DNA from: an uncultured candidate division Zixibacteria bacterium | GTDB lineage: Bacteria; Zixibacteria; MSB-5A5; GN15; FEB-12 | DNA length: 64,000 bases | Assembly: GCA_963664195.1 (NCBI GenBank) | Contig: OY760907.1 | Coordinates: 762,459 to 826,458 of the forward strand | Direction: 5' to 3' | In this document: piece by piece, positions 15,464 through 24,572 of the stretch | Position numbering within the stretch: position 1 is the stretch's first letter | Layout: the number at the start of each line of letters is the position of its first letter | Program-made: the position numbers and the translations under genes | Notes under the pieces: model-generated | Told to the model about the DNA's origin: nothing | The model's input: the letters and a program-made list of their open reading frames with translations, nothing else | The model's database searches: none

Positions 15464-17509
15464 ATGTTGCGCTATTCTATTCCCACAGCGCTGGCTATCA
15501 CCATTATTGTCCTGCTGACAGGTTCTGTCGCCGCACAGTCTTCGCGGGCAATGTCATTCCAGGGTCGTTTGACCGACGACTCCGGTGCCCCATTGTCAGA
15601 TACTGTCAGCCTCACCTTCCGGCTGTACGACACGGAAACTGAAGGCACGGCTGTTTGGACCCAGGTTCATCCTGAGGTGGGAGTGACCAACGGTCTCTTC
15701 CATGTGATGCTCTCAGAGTTCACCGACGCCGCGTCTGTTTTCGATGGCACGTCAAAATGGCTAAGCATACAGGTTGAATCTGATCCGGAGATTTCGCCAC
15801 GGTCGCAGATAGGCACGGTAGCTTATGCCTATCGCTCAACGATGTCCGACACGGCCACCTATGCGCTCGCCTCTCCTACCGGAACAGCAGGGGGGTGGAC
15901 AGATGACGCCACGACGGTGCGGTTGGCCTCTGCGGGTGACAGCATAGGCATTGGCGTGACGGATCCGTCCGAACAGGTGGAGATGTCAGGCAATTTGCGG
16001 GTCGGCGGTAAGATTATCGCTGGCGGCACCCTCAACGACTGTTCAGGCGATCTAGGGTTCATCGGCGGCGGCGATTCCTGCATTATCACGGGTGACGCTA
16101 CTTACAGCACTGTCTCAGGAGGCAGAAGAAACGTGATCAATGCCGACTACAGCATGATAGGCGGCGGCTGGGAAAACGATATCGGACTGTGGGGCGCTAA
16201 CGAACCCGCCGGGAACGGCATAGCCTCAGGAATCAACAACTCAGTACAATACTGCGACAGCGGCGCATTCATCGGCGGCGGACAGGAAAACATGGTTCAG
16301 GGCGACTGGGCGATCGTGGGGGGTGGACGAAAGAACCGCTCGGAGGGAGATTACTGCACGGTTGCCGGCGGGTTTGACAACAGAGTCACGTTCACCGACA
16401 ACTTCAGCACCATTGGCGGCGGTGACAGCTCATACGTCTCAGCGACTTGTGCCACAATAGGAGGCGGTCACCGCAACAACATCAGCGGAGACTACGGAAC
16501 AGTGGGCGGAGGAGAGCTTAACCTCGCTCAGCGATCCCACGCAACAGTCGCAGGCGGCAGGAGCAACAACGTGATTGGCACATTCGGATTTATCGGCGGC
16601 GGTGACGACAATGCTATTCACGGCGAAGGTCATTGGTCCGCAATTGCTGGAGGACTCGATAACTTCGCTTATGGACCGTATGCCTTCGTCGGCGGCGGCT
16701 ACAGCAACTACGTAGGGACCGGTGAATACACCACCATTGCGGGCGGGTACGAGAACCAATCGTACGGCAGCTACTCCACCGTTCCCGGAGGCGCCTATAA
16801 CCATGCCGACGGAAACTACAGCTTCGCGGCGGGCAGTTACGCACGCGCCGATCACAACCACTCTTTTGTCTGGTCCGACGGTTACAACCTGAGCACCTTT
16901 GAGACGACCGGCTCGTATCAATTCCTTATCAGGGCACACAACGGTGTCGGAATCAACGGCAATACGCCCATGGGCGCGCTTGACATCACGCAGGACCCTG
17001 ACCAAGTCTGCCTTCATTTCAGCAATGGTTCGCGCGATATTACGTGGATGCCCACTCATGCTCTCCAATTCGGTCAGTGGAACGACACCACCTGGACCGA
17101 ACGGATGCGGATATCATCCGACGGATACGTCGGAATCGGCGTCACCAACCCAACCTACCGACTTGACTGCAGCGGCAGTATTCGTTGCGTATCCGTTAAT
17201 GAAACCTCTGACGGCAGATACAAACATAGCGTCAGCCAAATCGATAACGCGCTGGAGACAGTCGAGTCAATGCGCGGCGTCACGTTTGAATGGAACGACG
17301 AAATCGAAGCCAAACCCGGCCGTCAGGTAGGGGTGATCGCACAGGAAGTTGAAGAAGTGCTTCCGGAAGTCGTCTCCACCGACGCCGAGGGCATCAAGTC
17401 GGTCGACTACAGCAAACTGACGGCAGTGTTGATCGAGGCGGTCAAGGAATTGAAGGCGGAGAACGAGGATCTTCGGGATCGCGTTAACAAACTGGAAAGC
17501 GAGATGTAG
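15464..17509 (+). CDS. secreted tail-fibre-like fibrous protein with C-terminal peptidase S74 intramolecular chaperone domain
   Basis: 681 aa. Signal peptide ...LLTGSVAAQS. N-terminal 'FQGRLTDDSGAPL..LTFRLYD...NGLFHVML'. A long Gly-rich repeat core (IGGG/VAGG/VGGG..N periodicity). The C-terminus 'SDGRYKHSVSQIDNALETVESMRGVTFEWN...GVIAQEVEEVLPEVV...VDYSKLTAVLIEAVKELKAEN' matches the S74 auto-cleaving chaperone. Confidence 0.8.
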   Translation: MLRYSIPTALAITIIVLLTGSVAAQSSRAMSFQGRLTDDSGAPLSDTVSLTFRLYDTETEGTAVWTQVHPEVGVTNGLFHVMLSEFTDAASVFDGTSKWLSIQVESDPEISPRSQIGTVAYAYRSTMSDTATYALASPTGTAGGWTDDATTVRLASAGDSIGIGVTDPSEQVEMSGNLRVGGKIIAGGTLNDCSGDLGFIGGGDSCIITGDATYSTVSGGRRNVINADYSMIGGGWENDIGLWGANEPAGNGIASGINNSVQYCDSGAFIGGGQENMVQGDWAIVGGGRKNRSEGDYCTVAGGFDNRVTFTDNFSTIGGGDSSYVSATCATIGGGHRNNISGDYGTVGGGELNLAQRSHATVAGGRSNNVIGTFGFIGGGDDNAIHGEGHWSAIAGGLDNFAYGPYAFVGGGYSNYVGTGEYTTIAGGYENQSYGSYSTVPGGAYNHADGNYSFAAGSYARADHNHSFVWSDGYNLSTFETTGSYQFLIRAHNGVGINGNTPMGALDITQDPDQVCLHFSNGSRDITWMPTHALQFGQWNDTTWTERMRISSDGYVGIGVTNPTYRLDCSGSIRCVSVNETSDGRYKHSVSQIDNALETVESMRGVTFEWNDEIEAKPGRQVGVIAQEVEEVLPEVVSTDAEGIKSVDYSKLTAVLIEAVKELKAENEDLRDRVNKLESEM

Positions 17510-17694
17510 GAGCCTGCTCCTCCATGGCGGGGCCTTGGCGACAAATCGACACCTCCAATTTTCCAGTATGACCGCAGGGTTTCCGTCACTATATTCCCCG
17601 TTCGACGAAAGAACGGCAACACGCGCTGCCACCGTGCCCGACGGTTGGAACCCGTGAAACCTTTGTAGAAACACTACAGCTTTGGAGGCGAGTC

Positions 17695-18426
17695 GTGACC
17701 GGATTCAAGCGTATCCCTGCTACCATCATTGTCCTTTTGGTTATCTTCAGCGGACTGATGCTCACGTCGACTGTTTTGGGACAAGACTCAACATCACAGA
17801 CGGTCCCCATGCGACGTCAAGCTCCAGAGCTTTTCTACGCTCACGGCATGGTCGGCATCGGGATGGATTGGTATACATCCTCAAACATCCAGGATATTCT
17901 CCCGGAAGATTTCAAACTCGGTAGTCTCGGGTTTCCATTCGAGTACGGCATCCGCGGCGGCTTCAAGAATATCGGACAAATCGAGTATCGCAAATTCTCG
18001 ACCGGATCACACGCCATCCGTCTCCAGGGGTTCACCGGGGGCTCGGGGGTAGGTGGCACCGGGATCGGCACCGTAGCTGAAACGCCGATGAAGTTCAAAT
18101 CGACTGAAATCGCATTCAAGCTCAATCCGTTCGTCTGGACCTGGACAGGTTCAAACACCAACCAGCCTTACAAGTGTCTGTTCCTGGTGTACGGGACCAG
18201 CGACGTGTCTTACCGCGACGACGTCAACGACGGCTGGAAAGGTAACGGGACTCTTTATGGAATAGAGTACGCCATGATCTCGAAGATATTCAGTGCGGAC
18301 GTTGGCGTGGTGGTTCAGAAAATCGAATACGACGAGATTACTCTGGTTGATCCAGACTTGCCGTTGTCATACGATGCCTCCCATATTATGGTTTACATGC
18401 ATATCGCGGCTGGGATCGGGATGTAG
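17695..18426 (+). CDS. hypothetical outer-membrane beta-barrel-like protein
   Basis: 243 aa with a GTG start. Signal peptide ...LMLTSTVLGQDS, then an alternating aromatic/Gly-rich pattern. No family assigned. Confidence 0.5.
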   Translation: MTGFKRIPATIIVLLVIFSGLMLTSTVLGQDSTSQTVPMRRQAPELFYAHGMVGIGMDWYTSSNIQDILPEDFKLGSLGFPFEYGIRGGFKNIGQIEYRKFSTGSHAIRLQGFTGGSGVGGTGIGTVAETPMKFKSTEIAFKLNPFVWTWTGSNTNQPYKCLFLVYGTSDVSYRDDVNDGWKGNGTLYGIEYAMISKIFSADVGVVVQKIEYDEITLVDPDLPLSYDASHIMVYMHIAAGIGM

Positions 18427-18431
18427 TCCTG

Positions 18432-18450
18432 GTGCGGGGCACCGAGGATT
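18432..18450. repeat. dispersed motif, family 5 (G(C/G)GGGGCACCGAGGATT)
   Basis: gtgcggggcaccgaggatt. Related copies at 18495-18519 and 19067-19090. Confidence 0.7.
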
Positions 18451-18457
18451 GGTGGGC

Positions 18458-18477
18458 GGCAGACGCCCTCGTCTGCC
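18458..18477 (+). terminator. hairpin downstream of OMP-like gene
   Basis: GGCAGACG-ccct-CGTCTGCC (8 bp), 32 nt after the stop at 18426. The T content afterwards is weak. The same GGCAGAC/GTCTGCC stem occurs at 45553-45571. Confidence 0.35.
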
Positions 18478-18494
18478 CCGGCTTTGTGCGGCTC

Positions 18495-18519
18495 CGCTCT
18501 GGGCGGGGCACCGAGGATT
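18495..18519. repeat. dispersed motif, family 5
   Basis: cgctctgggcggggcaccgaggatt. It shares 20 of 24 nt with 19067-19090. Confidence 0.75.
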
Positions 18520-18528
18520 CTATCTCGT

Positions 18529-18558
18529 TTGATCGGAATTGACTCCGGCGGGTATAAT
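18529..18558 (+). promoter_or_regulatory. sigma70-like promoter of the small membrane protein gene
   Basis: TTGATC - 18 nt - TATAAT, then GGAG and the ATG at 18584. Confidence 0.4.
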
Positions 18559-18583
18559 AGACAACCTTGACGGAGATTGTGTC

Positions 18584-18982
18584 ATGGAATTATACGGCGT
18601 AGTCCTCAGTGTACCCGGCTTCTTTGTGCTCGGCTCTGTTTACAGTTTGATTCTGAAATGGCTGATCGCGCCTCATGCGCGGCTGTCGAAGCTGTTCTTG
18701 TGGGGAGGTGTCGCGGTTTTGTTCCTCTGGGCTGTCGAGTTGATCGCGGTTACGAATGTCGGCCCCACAGAATTGGCGGCAGCACTCGGACCGTCGTTTA
18801 TTGTCGTTCACACCGTTCTCCTCACACTCTCCGTGCCCTCGCTGGCCAACCTCATACGACTTCAGGACATCTTACCGAGAGTTGCTCGATGGTACGTTGC
18901 AGGACCTTGTTGCGGTTTGTTCGCGCCCGTCGTCATATTACTGCAAATACACGTGGCAGAGTCGCTCTACGGGATTCATTAG
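18584..18982 (+). CDS. hypothetical integral membrane protein
   Basis: ORF 18539-18982. The ATG at 18584 lies 8 nt after GGAG and downstream of a TATAAT box. About 4 hydrophobic helices. Confidence 0.45.
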   Translation: MELYGVVLSVPGFFVLGSVYSLILKWLIAPHARLSKLFLWGGVAVLFLWAVELIAVTNVGPTELAAALGPSFIVVHTVLLTLSVPSLANLIRLQDILPRVARWYVAGPCCGLFAPVVILLQIHVAESLYGIH

Positions 18983-19857
18983 GCTAGGTACCCATCCTCT
19001 TGTGCCTTGGTGCCGCACTGCTTGCGGTGCGAACCGGTTTCTCCCACCCGACGCTTCATTTCATTTCGCTCTGGGCGGGGCACCGAAGACCTTGCGGTCG
19101 GCTGACATGAAGTCCTCGTAGGGCAGAACCCGAATAGACAAGCCCACACGCATCGCAACGTCGTCGGAGCGGTTCTGCCATTGTCGCTGACGCGACTCAT
19201 CCTTGCTGGCGGAACCGCTAAAGGGTTCCACCCTACAAGAACTCTGTGCCACCACATCCGCCCGTGCTCATCAATTATGATAGCGCCGTCAGGAGCCTCG
19301 TGAACCGCCATCACCTGAGCCGGAAAGAGCCTCCAGTATATATACTCCTCCCACCCGATCGCCGCATCCGCCCAGGCAAACAGCGAGTCACGCTCGTCAC
19401 CGTCAATCGTACTGCCCCAGTGAAGCATCCGGTAACTCAACAGCGGCATCTCCCCTTCCTCAATCTCTTCCTTGATCTCCTCTAGCGCCTTCGTCTGGCT
19501 TTCGTAACCGGCGAACGGGAAATCATTCGACAGGTCGAGATGCTCGCGGGCTTCCTCGATATGACCGTCGATCATCCCGCCGATCCCCGGAATCGAATGA
19601 TACCACGGATAGTCGGCCTGGTCGCTGTGACAATCATAGCAACACGGCTGCATGAGCGTCTTGAACCGCTGCGTGTAGGCTTTGTTAATGAACCCGTAGA
19701 CAGAATCGCGCAGGGCGATTTGATCCGAAGTCAGGTTTTCGTCTTTCAGTCGCGACTCGTGTTCGTCATCATCGGCAAGAGCGATGAATGACAGGCAGAG
19801 GATGACCAGGATAAGTATCGGCAGCAGTCGTGCCGTTTTTCGATTTGATAAGAGCAT
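18979..19857 (-). CDS. haem-binding domain (Haem_bd-like) protein; 3' end doubtful
   Basis: The ATG at 19857 follows GGGGAGA. Signal anchor ARLLPILILVILCLSFIAL. 'CCYDCHSDQADYPWYHSIPGIG' is the CxxCH-containing haem-binding domain motif. The last ~40 codons run through REP-like repeats. Confidence 0.6.
   Translation of the reverse strand: MLLSNRKTARLLPILILVILCLSFIALADDDEHESRLKDENLTSDQIALRDSVYGFINKAYTQRFKTLMQPCCYDCHSDQADYPWYHSIPGIGGMIDGHIEEAREHLDLSNDFPFAGYESQTKALEEIKEEIEEGEMPLLSYRMLHWGSTIDGDERDSLFAWADAAIGWEEYIYWRLFPAQVMAVHEAPDGAIIIDEHGRMWWHRVLVGWNPLAVPPARMSRVSDNGRTAPTTLRCVWACLFGFCPTRTSCQPTARSSVPRPERNEMKRRVGETGSHRKQCGTKAQEDGYLA
19004..19026. repeat. dispersed 23-mer, family 3 (second copy)
   Basis: Identical to 4470-4492. 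It lies inside the 3' end of ORF 18979-19857. Confidence 0.85.
19067..19090. repeat. dispersed motif, family 5
   Basis: cgctctgggcggggcaccgaagac. It lies inside the 3' end of ORF 18979-19857. Confidence 0.75.
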
Positions 19858-20077
19858 ATTTTTCTCCCCGGTAATAGGTTCGATCATCCCACCATGAAGG
19901 GCTTGTTGAATAACCCTGATCGTTCAACTGCAAATGTTCGGTGCCCCACAGCTTGCTGTGGGAAATGTCCATGTTTCTTGCACTTGCGTTCAATCGAATG
20001 CCTTCGCCAATTGCCATCAGTTGCTTGCAGCGCCTTTTTCAACAAGCCCTGAATGGTGGGCCACCGAGTTTCGATTC

Positions 20078-20121
20078 TGTAGGGCGGGTCAACGCCATGA
20101 ATGGTCGTCCTCGAACCCGCC
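20078..20121 (-). repeat. REP-like hairpin, family 2 (inverted orientation)
   Basis: TGTAGGGCGGGT ... ACCCGCC. The TGTAGGGCGGGTC head matches the reverse complement of the family-2 tail. Confidence 0.7.
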
Positions 20122-20160
20122 ACATTTGGAGTCGAGCCCTTTGGGTTCGACACTTCCGGC

Positions 20161-20190
20161 AGGTTTGAAGACAAACCTTCCCTACAAGAA
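20161..20190 (+). repeat. REP-like hairpin, family 2
   Basis: AGGTTTG-AAGA-CAAACCT followed by TCCCTACAAGAA. Confidence 0.75.
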
Positions 20191-20224
20191 CCTACTCACA
20201 ACATAGACGAACGATTACTCGCCG

Positions 20225-21136
20225 CTATTCAATCTTCGAGATAAACCCGCCGGCTTTGTCGAGTTTCTCGCGCGCTTTCTCTGCATCGCAGTTGAACCGG
20301 TGCATGACAATCGCCAGCTTCACCGAACCGTCTGACTTCTTCAGCAAATCGTCAGAATCCGCAAACGAAAGACCGCACAGTTCCATCAGAATCCTACGCG
20401 AGCGCGCAGTCAGTTTCTCCGAACGACACTGCAAATCCACCATCAGGTTGCCATAGGTTTTGCCCAACAATACCATCGCGGTAGTGGAAATCATGTTCAA
20501 CGTCAGCTTCTGGGCGGTGCCGGATTTCATTCGGGTCGATCCGGTGATAGCTTCGGGGCCGACCGGTAGCTCTATCAAGATGTCCGACTGAAATTCCAGA
20601 TCTCCCGCTTTGTTACAGATAATAAACGCCGTCTTACAGCCAAGCGATTTGGCGTACTCAAGACCCGAAATCGTGTACGGGGTACGATTTGAGGCCGCAA
20701 CACCGATCAGGAAATCATCTTTGCTGAGGTTGCGTTCCTGCAGGTCATCGATTGCCGCCTGACGGTCATCCTCAACCCCTTCCAGCGATAACACGAGTGT
20801 GGCATACCCACCGGATATGACGCCGACAATCTGCTCCGGGTCGGTGCCGAACGTGGGAGGACACTCGGCAGCATCGAGCACGCCCAGCCGTCCGGAAGTC
20901 CCTGCGCCGATATACAGTGCCCGACCGCCAGAACGAAGCGTCTCGGCGTAGACTTCGGCAGCTTTGGATATCGGCTCAAGAGCGGTCGCGACTACTTCCG
21001 CGACTTTCCTGTCCTGATCGTTGATTTTGCGGGCAATTTCCAGCGGTGACAGTCGATCGATATCAACCGTGTCCGGATTAATCTTCTCGGTATCGAGAGC
21101 ACCTAATTGCTGGACGAGTTTGTTTATATCTGACAT
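20225..21136 (-). CDS. murQ: N-acetylmuramic acid 6-phosphate etherase
   Basis: 303 aa with a SIS domain. 'GAGTSGRLGVLDAAECPPTFG' and 'GSTRMKSGTAQK' are typical MurQ signatures. Confidence 0.9.
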   Translation of the reverse strand: MSDINKLVQQLGALDTEKINPDTVDIDRLSPLEIARKINDQDRKVAEVVATALEPISKAAEVYAETLRSGGRALYIGAGTSGRLGVLDAAECPPTFGTDPEQIVGVISGGYATLVLSLEGVEDDRQAAIDDLQERNLSKDDFLIGVAASNRTPYTISGLEYAKSLGCKTAFIICNKAGDLEFQSDILIELPVGPEAITGSTRMKSGTAQKLTLNMISTTAMVLLGKTYGNLMVDLQCRSEKLTARSRRILMELCGLSFADSDDLLKKSDGSVKLAIVMHRFNCDAEKAREKLDKAGGFISKIE

Positions 21137-21193
21137 GGAGGAAACGTAGGCAGGATTGTATGACGTAGCAACAAGAATTGGGGCTACGGAAGG

Positions 21194-21221
21194 GTAGGTC
21201 GAAACTCCTGCAGTTTCGACA
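21194..21221 (+). repeat. REP-like hairpin, family 1
   Basis: gtaggtcgaaactcctgcagtttcgaca. A perfect 9-bp stem between the lipoprotein gene 3' end and the murQ start. Confidence 0.85.
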
Positions 21222-21323
21222 ACAGACGGCGCTCCCCTCGCATGCGCTGTCGCGTGTCAGCAGCACTGTGTGTCCCCACGCGACAGCCGTAGTTCAATGG
21301 CGGGAAGACTCAGTGTTGGGTCG

Positions 21324-22121
21324 TTACTGAATGACCGCTACTCGGATGCTGTCGCGCAGAGCCACCATCACCGTGCCAAACCGGCCCGTGATATTGCGAT
21401 CAGAGACATTGGGGTCTTCTTGGCTCGGCAAGGGTACCGGCAGAAGCTCATGGGAAAGGACGCTGTCCGGTGATCCGTTAATCGCGTAGACATACAGATA
21501 ATACAGTCCCGTGTCCGGTTCGCCTGCACCCGGAAGCAGGAAGGCATCCGGTGGGAAAGTCCCTGCGTTCGCCAGATTCAAGACGTACTCGCAGTATCCG
21601 GTGCCGGTGTAAGCCTCGGCGGCCTTCACGCTCGCCAAAACATAGGTCTCGGCATTAGCGGAGCCGGACCATTCCAACGAAACGGTCCACGGCGGGGTCA
21701 GCGTATCTTGTGCCGGAGTGCGGCTTGAGATCGCAAACGAATCTACCGCGACGACAGTCATGCTGTCGATGAGACGGTTACCGTCGCGCTCTACCAGCGC
21801 CGAGCTGAGGCCTGCAAACTCGCCCTTCAACGATCTGGAGGCGTACACCGAATCGAGACCGTCGAATACGGTATCAAAGGGCAACGTCTCGCCCGAGAAC
21901 TTGACCGTACCGTGGACGAAGGTTTCACCGTCGACGGTAAGATTGACAGCCACGACGGCCGAGTCACCGTTTGCGTCCTCAATGACCACCCCCGCAAGAC
22001 CGTAATCCCGCGTTGGTGAAACACCCGTACCGTTGCTGTTGCAGCCCGCGACAGCGAGCACAGCCACCAGCGTTACAAGCAGTAACGCGTTGGTTTGTCT
22101 AAAGATAGATAGCATACCCAT
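21324..22121 (-). CDS. hypothetical lipoprotein
   Basis: 265 aa. The signal ...LVAVLAVAGCNS contains a lipobox. No family recognised. Confidence 0.5.
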   Translation of the reverse strand: MGMLSIFRQTNALLLVTLVAVLAVAGCNSNGTGVSPTRDYGLAGVVIEDANGDSAVVAVNLTVDGETFVHGTVKFSGETLPFDTVFDGLDSVYASRSLKGEFAGLSSALVERDGNRLIDSMTVVAVDSFAISSRTPAQDTLTPPWTVSLEWSGSANAETYVLASVKAAEAYTGTGYCEYVLNLANAGTFPPDAFLLPGAGEPDTGLYYLYVYAINGSPDSVLSHELLPVPLPSQEDPNVSDRNITGRFGTVMVALRDSIRVAVIQ

Positions 22122-22140
22122 ACATTCCGTACTATCGGCA

Positions 22141-22189
22141 CAAAACAGCCCCGGATTTACTTCTGTAGTAGAATAATGCTTCCGGGGCT
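22141..22189 (-). terminator. putative intrinsic terminator of the ECF-RND operon
   Basis: A 9-bp stem AGCCCCGGA/TCCGGGGCT, followed on the minus strand by GTTTTGTG. It lies 41 nt after the DUF2892 stop. Confidence 0.55.
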
Positions 22190-22229
22190 GGTTTGGTTTC
22201 TGGCTAAATGACCGTATTTCCCGGTCCGT

Positions 22230-22439
22230 CTAGTGCTCTGGCGCGGTTGTTGGCTGTTTGAAAAAGAGCTTCTTCATAATGGTTTCCGCCGGGCAAAATC
22301 CCGTAAACGAGCTCTGAATCAAGTTCAGCGACACAAAAGCCGCCAAAAACAGCCAATACGGCGAGACAAAATAGTACAGCACCAGCGAGATTGCTATCAT
22401 CACGCCTGCCATCAGGCGGATGCTGTTTTCTACAGTCAT
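22230..22439 (-). CDS. DUF2892 (YgaP C-terminal-like) small membrane protein
   Basis: 69 aa with two TM helices and the characteristic 'QSSFTGFCP' motif. Confidence 0.7.
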   Translation of the reverse strand: MTVENSIRLMAGVMIAISLVLYYFVSPYWLFLAAFVSLNLIQSSFTGFCPAETIMKKLFFKQPTTAPEH

Positions 22440-22455
22440 GTTTCTAACCCCTATG

Positions 22456-23736
22456 CTAGAATCCGTACGTCACTTTCACGTACGCATTATCGTTCTTCTG
22501 AAACTGCCCGAACTCCGTGCTTTCGTACTTTCCGGCAAAAATGTTTCCGCCGACCGACAACGTCACCTCATCGGTATGCTTGTACGAGGCATTCAAGCGA
22601 ATGTATGTATCTTCATCAGTGGGCGAGTAAAAGACGAAAGTCGAAAGCGTCAGATTCTCGTCCATCATAAGTTTCGTAATTCGCGAGGTCAGAAGATGCC
22701 GATCCTCACTTGTTTTCACCGTCATGCCACCGTCTTTCACTCGTAGAAAAACGCCGTCATCAAGCTTGTGCTGTACCTGCCACTGGGCGTTGATCGTCAG
22801 GTTGGTAGCGATCTGACGCTCGTACCCGATCATTCCCGTAACCATGGAATTGGGCCGTAAGTTCACGGTTTCGTTTGCCTGGTAATCGCGGGAATCGAAC
22901 CAACCGCCTTCGAGCCAGAGCACGCCGCCCCAGAGAGTACCGCGAATCGAGGCGCCGTAGACGTCAACCCGTGCAAAGACCGGAGCATAAACCGGCAGAT
23001 CATCGACCACTCCCATAAAATCAGCACCCGTCGGGTTCTTATAGAGGCCGTGGTAGTAGTACAGAGAAGTACGATGGTTCATGATCGTCCGGCTCAACCG
23101 CATTGCAATCTCACTGTTTTTGAACCGAGACTCAGGTTCCGGCGGCTCAAACAGGAATTCCTCGCCCATCCCGGTCCCGACAATGGCGGCGCCAAACGGG
23201 TTGTAGTAACTCAGCTTGCGACCGTCAGGAATACGGTTGGCAGCGAATTTCGGTGACCAGACGATTGACAGTTCACCGATCGGATTATAATACTCTACCC
23301 GCATAGCGTTCTGCGGGGCTTTGAGATACTGGTCATCCCGACCGACCAGAAACGACTGGTAGTCCTTAGCGAAAACGTCGTTAATGAAAATCAGATCACC
23401 CGTTCCCCAGGTCACTATCTGGCGACCAATCTTGAAGTCAAGGTTGTTGCCCAACCGAAACTTCATGTATCCCTCGCGAAGCTCCCAGTCAAGCTCGTCA
23501 CCGACCGCACCGTCGTAGGTGAAATCCAGCCTGCCAAAGAACTCGACCCCGTCGCCGAAATGCTCGGCGCGAAGCTGCATGCGGGTTTCCGAGGCGGTAT
23601 ATTCGGTTTCCGTGGGATTGTTCTGGTCGATCCGTCCGCCGTACAGCCCCTGGAGGAAACCGTCGATGAACAGCTCGGCCCGTGCAGGGACTGCTGCCAG
23701 GAGCAGCAGTCCGAGTATGGTAAGTGTCTTTTTCAT
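22456..23736 (-). CDS. outer-membrane beta-barrel protein (porin-like, RND-cluster associated)
   Basis: 426 aa. Signal MKKTLTILGLLLLAAVPARA. Alternating beta-strand pattern. The C-terminus ...VKVTYGF ends in an aromatic residue. Confidence 0.7.
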   Translation of the reverse strand: MKKTLTILGLLLLAAVPARAELFIDGFLQGLYGGRIDQNNPTETEYTASETRMQLRAEHFGDGVEFFGRLDFTYDGAVGDELDWELREGYMKFRLGNNLDFKIGRQIVTWGTGDLIFINDVFAKDYQSFLVGRDDQYLKAPQNAMRVEYYNPIGELSIVWSPKFAANRIPDGRKLSYYNPFGAAIVGTGMGEEFLFEPPEPESRFKNSEIAMRLSRTIMNHRTSLYYYHGLYKNPTGADFMGVVDDLPVYAPVFARVDVYGASIRGTLWGGVLWLEGGWFDSRDYQANETVNLRPNSMVTGMIGYERQIATNLTINAQWQVQHKLDDGVFLRVKDGGMTVKTSEDRHLLTSRITKLMMDENLTLSTFVFYSPTDEDTYIRLNASYKHTDEVTLSVGGNIFAGKYESTEFGQFQKNDNAYVKVTYGF

Positions 23737-23755
23737 TTCCGCACCTCAGAAAAGT

Positions 23756-24556
23756 CTATTTGATGAATTCGCGTGGGGGATTCTTCAGATACCGTTCACT
23801 GAACAGATCGTCGGTCAACCCCTGATTGTACCTGATACTGGAGAAATCGACATAGGTTTTAGTACCCTTCTTGAGGTTCTCCATTGAACGCAGTGTAACG
23901 GTCATGATGCCGTCGATTTCCTCGACGCTCTCGGCGAGGAAGACCCGGATCATTTCGTCCTTCTTGTCAAAGTACTCCTCTTTGAGCGGCAGGAAACCCT
24001 CTTTGTCGATATAGGAGACTTTGCGCGCGAAACCTTTGTAATCGTCTTTCGGAACCGACTGGATCACGTACACCGCCTTGCCGTCGAGTTCGGTACCCTC
24101 AAGCATGGTGTGGGTATCCTCGGTCCAGTGACGGCCGGACACGTCCTCGTAAGTGAAATCGGAACCGACGAAGCTAGAGTTCTTGTCGTCCGCTGAGATC
24201 GGCTTGATAAGGTCTACGGCGGGGACATAGATCCAGCGCTTGTCGTTGCCGTCGGGGTCCTTGTGAACCATGAACGTCATGCGCGAGACGTCGGATGGTT
24301 TCTTGAAATAGGTGTAGTACTTCTGCGCGCCGCCTTCGTTGACGTCGAGGCGAAGCATGACAAACTCACGGTTACGCTCTTTGCCCTTTTTGTCGACCAG
24401 ACGCATGGTGACATCGGCAACACCGTCATCAGCAGCGTAATAGTACGCCATGTGTGACTTCTTCATTATTTCATCGGCAGTCTGCGAGAAGGCGGCTCCG
24501 ACAAGGATCATCAGTCCCAGCAGAGTCATCATAAGAAAAGCGGTGAGATTCTTCAT
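23756..24556 (-). CDS. LolA-like outer-membrane lipoprotein-sorting family protein
   Basis: ORF 23756-24640. The ATG at 24556 gives the signal MKNLTAFLMMTLLGLMILVGAAFSQ. 'TADEIMKKSHMAYYYAADDG..DVTMRLVDKKGKERNREF' is typical of the LolA-like carriers encoded next to COG1033 RND exporters. Confidence 0.7.
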   Translation of the reverse strand: MKNLTAFLMMTLLGLMILVGAAFSQTADEIMKKSHMAYYYAADDGVADVTMRLVDKKGKERNREFVMLRLDVNEGGAQKYYTYFKKPSDVSRMTFMVHKDPDGNDKRWIYVPAVDLIKPISADDKNSSFVGSDFTYEDVSGRHWTEDTHTMLEGTELDGKAVYVIQSVPKDDYKGFARKVSYIDKEGFLPLKEEYFDKKDEMIRVFLAESVEEIDGIMTVTLRSMENLKKGTKTYVDFSSIRYNQGLTDDLFSERYLKNPPREFIK

Positions 24557-24572
24557 TTTTGCAATCCTTCTA

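Noticed and set aside
15464-17509. Prophage remnant hypothesis for the tail-fibre-like gene
   Set aside because: No other phage-like gene (capsid, portal, terminase, baseplate, integrase, lysis), att-like repeat or tRNA flank is present within at least 15 kb on either side. The protein also has a Sec signal peptide.
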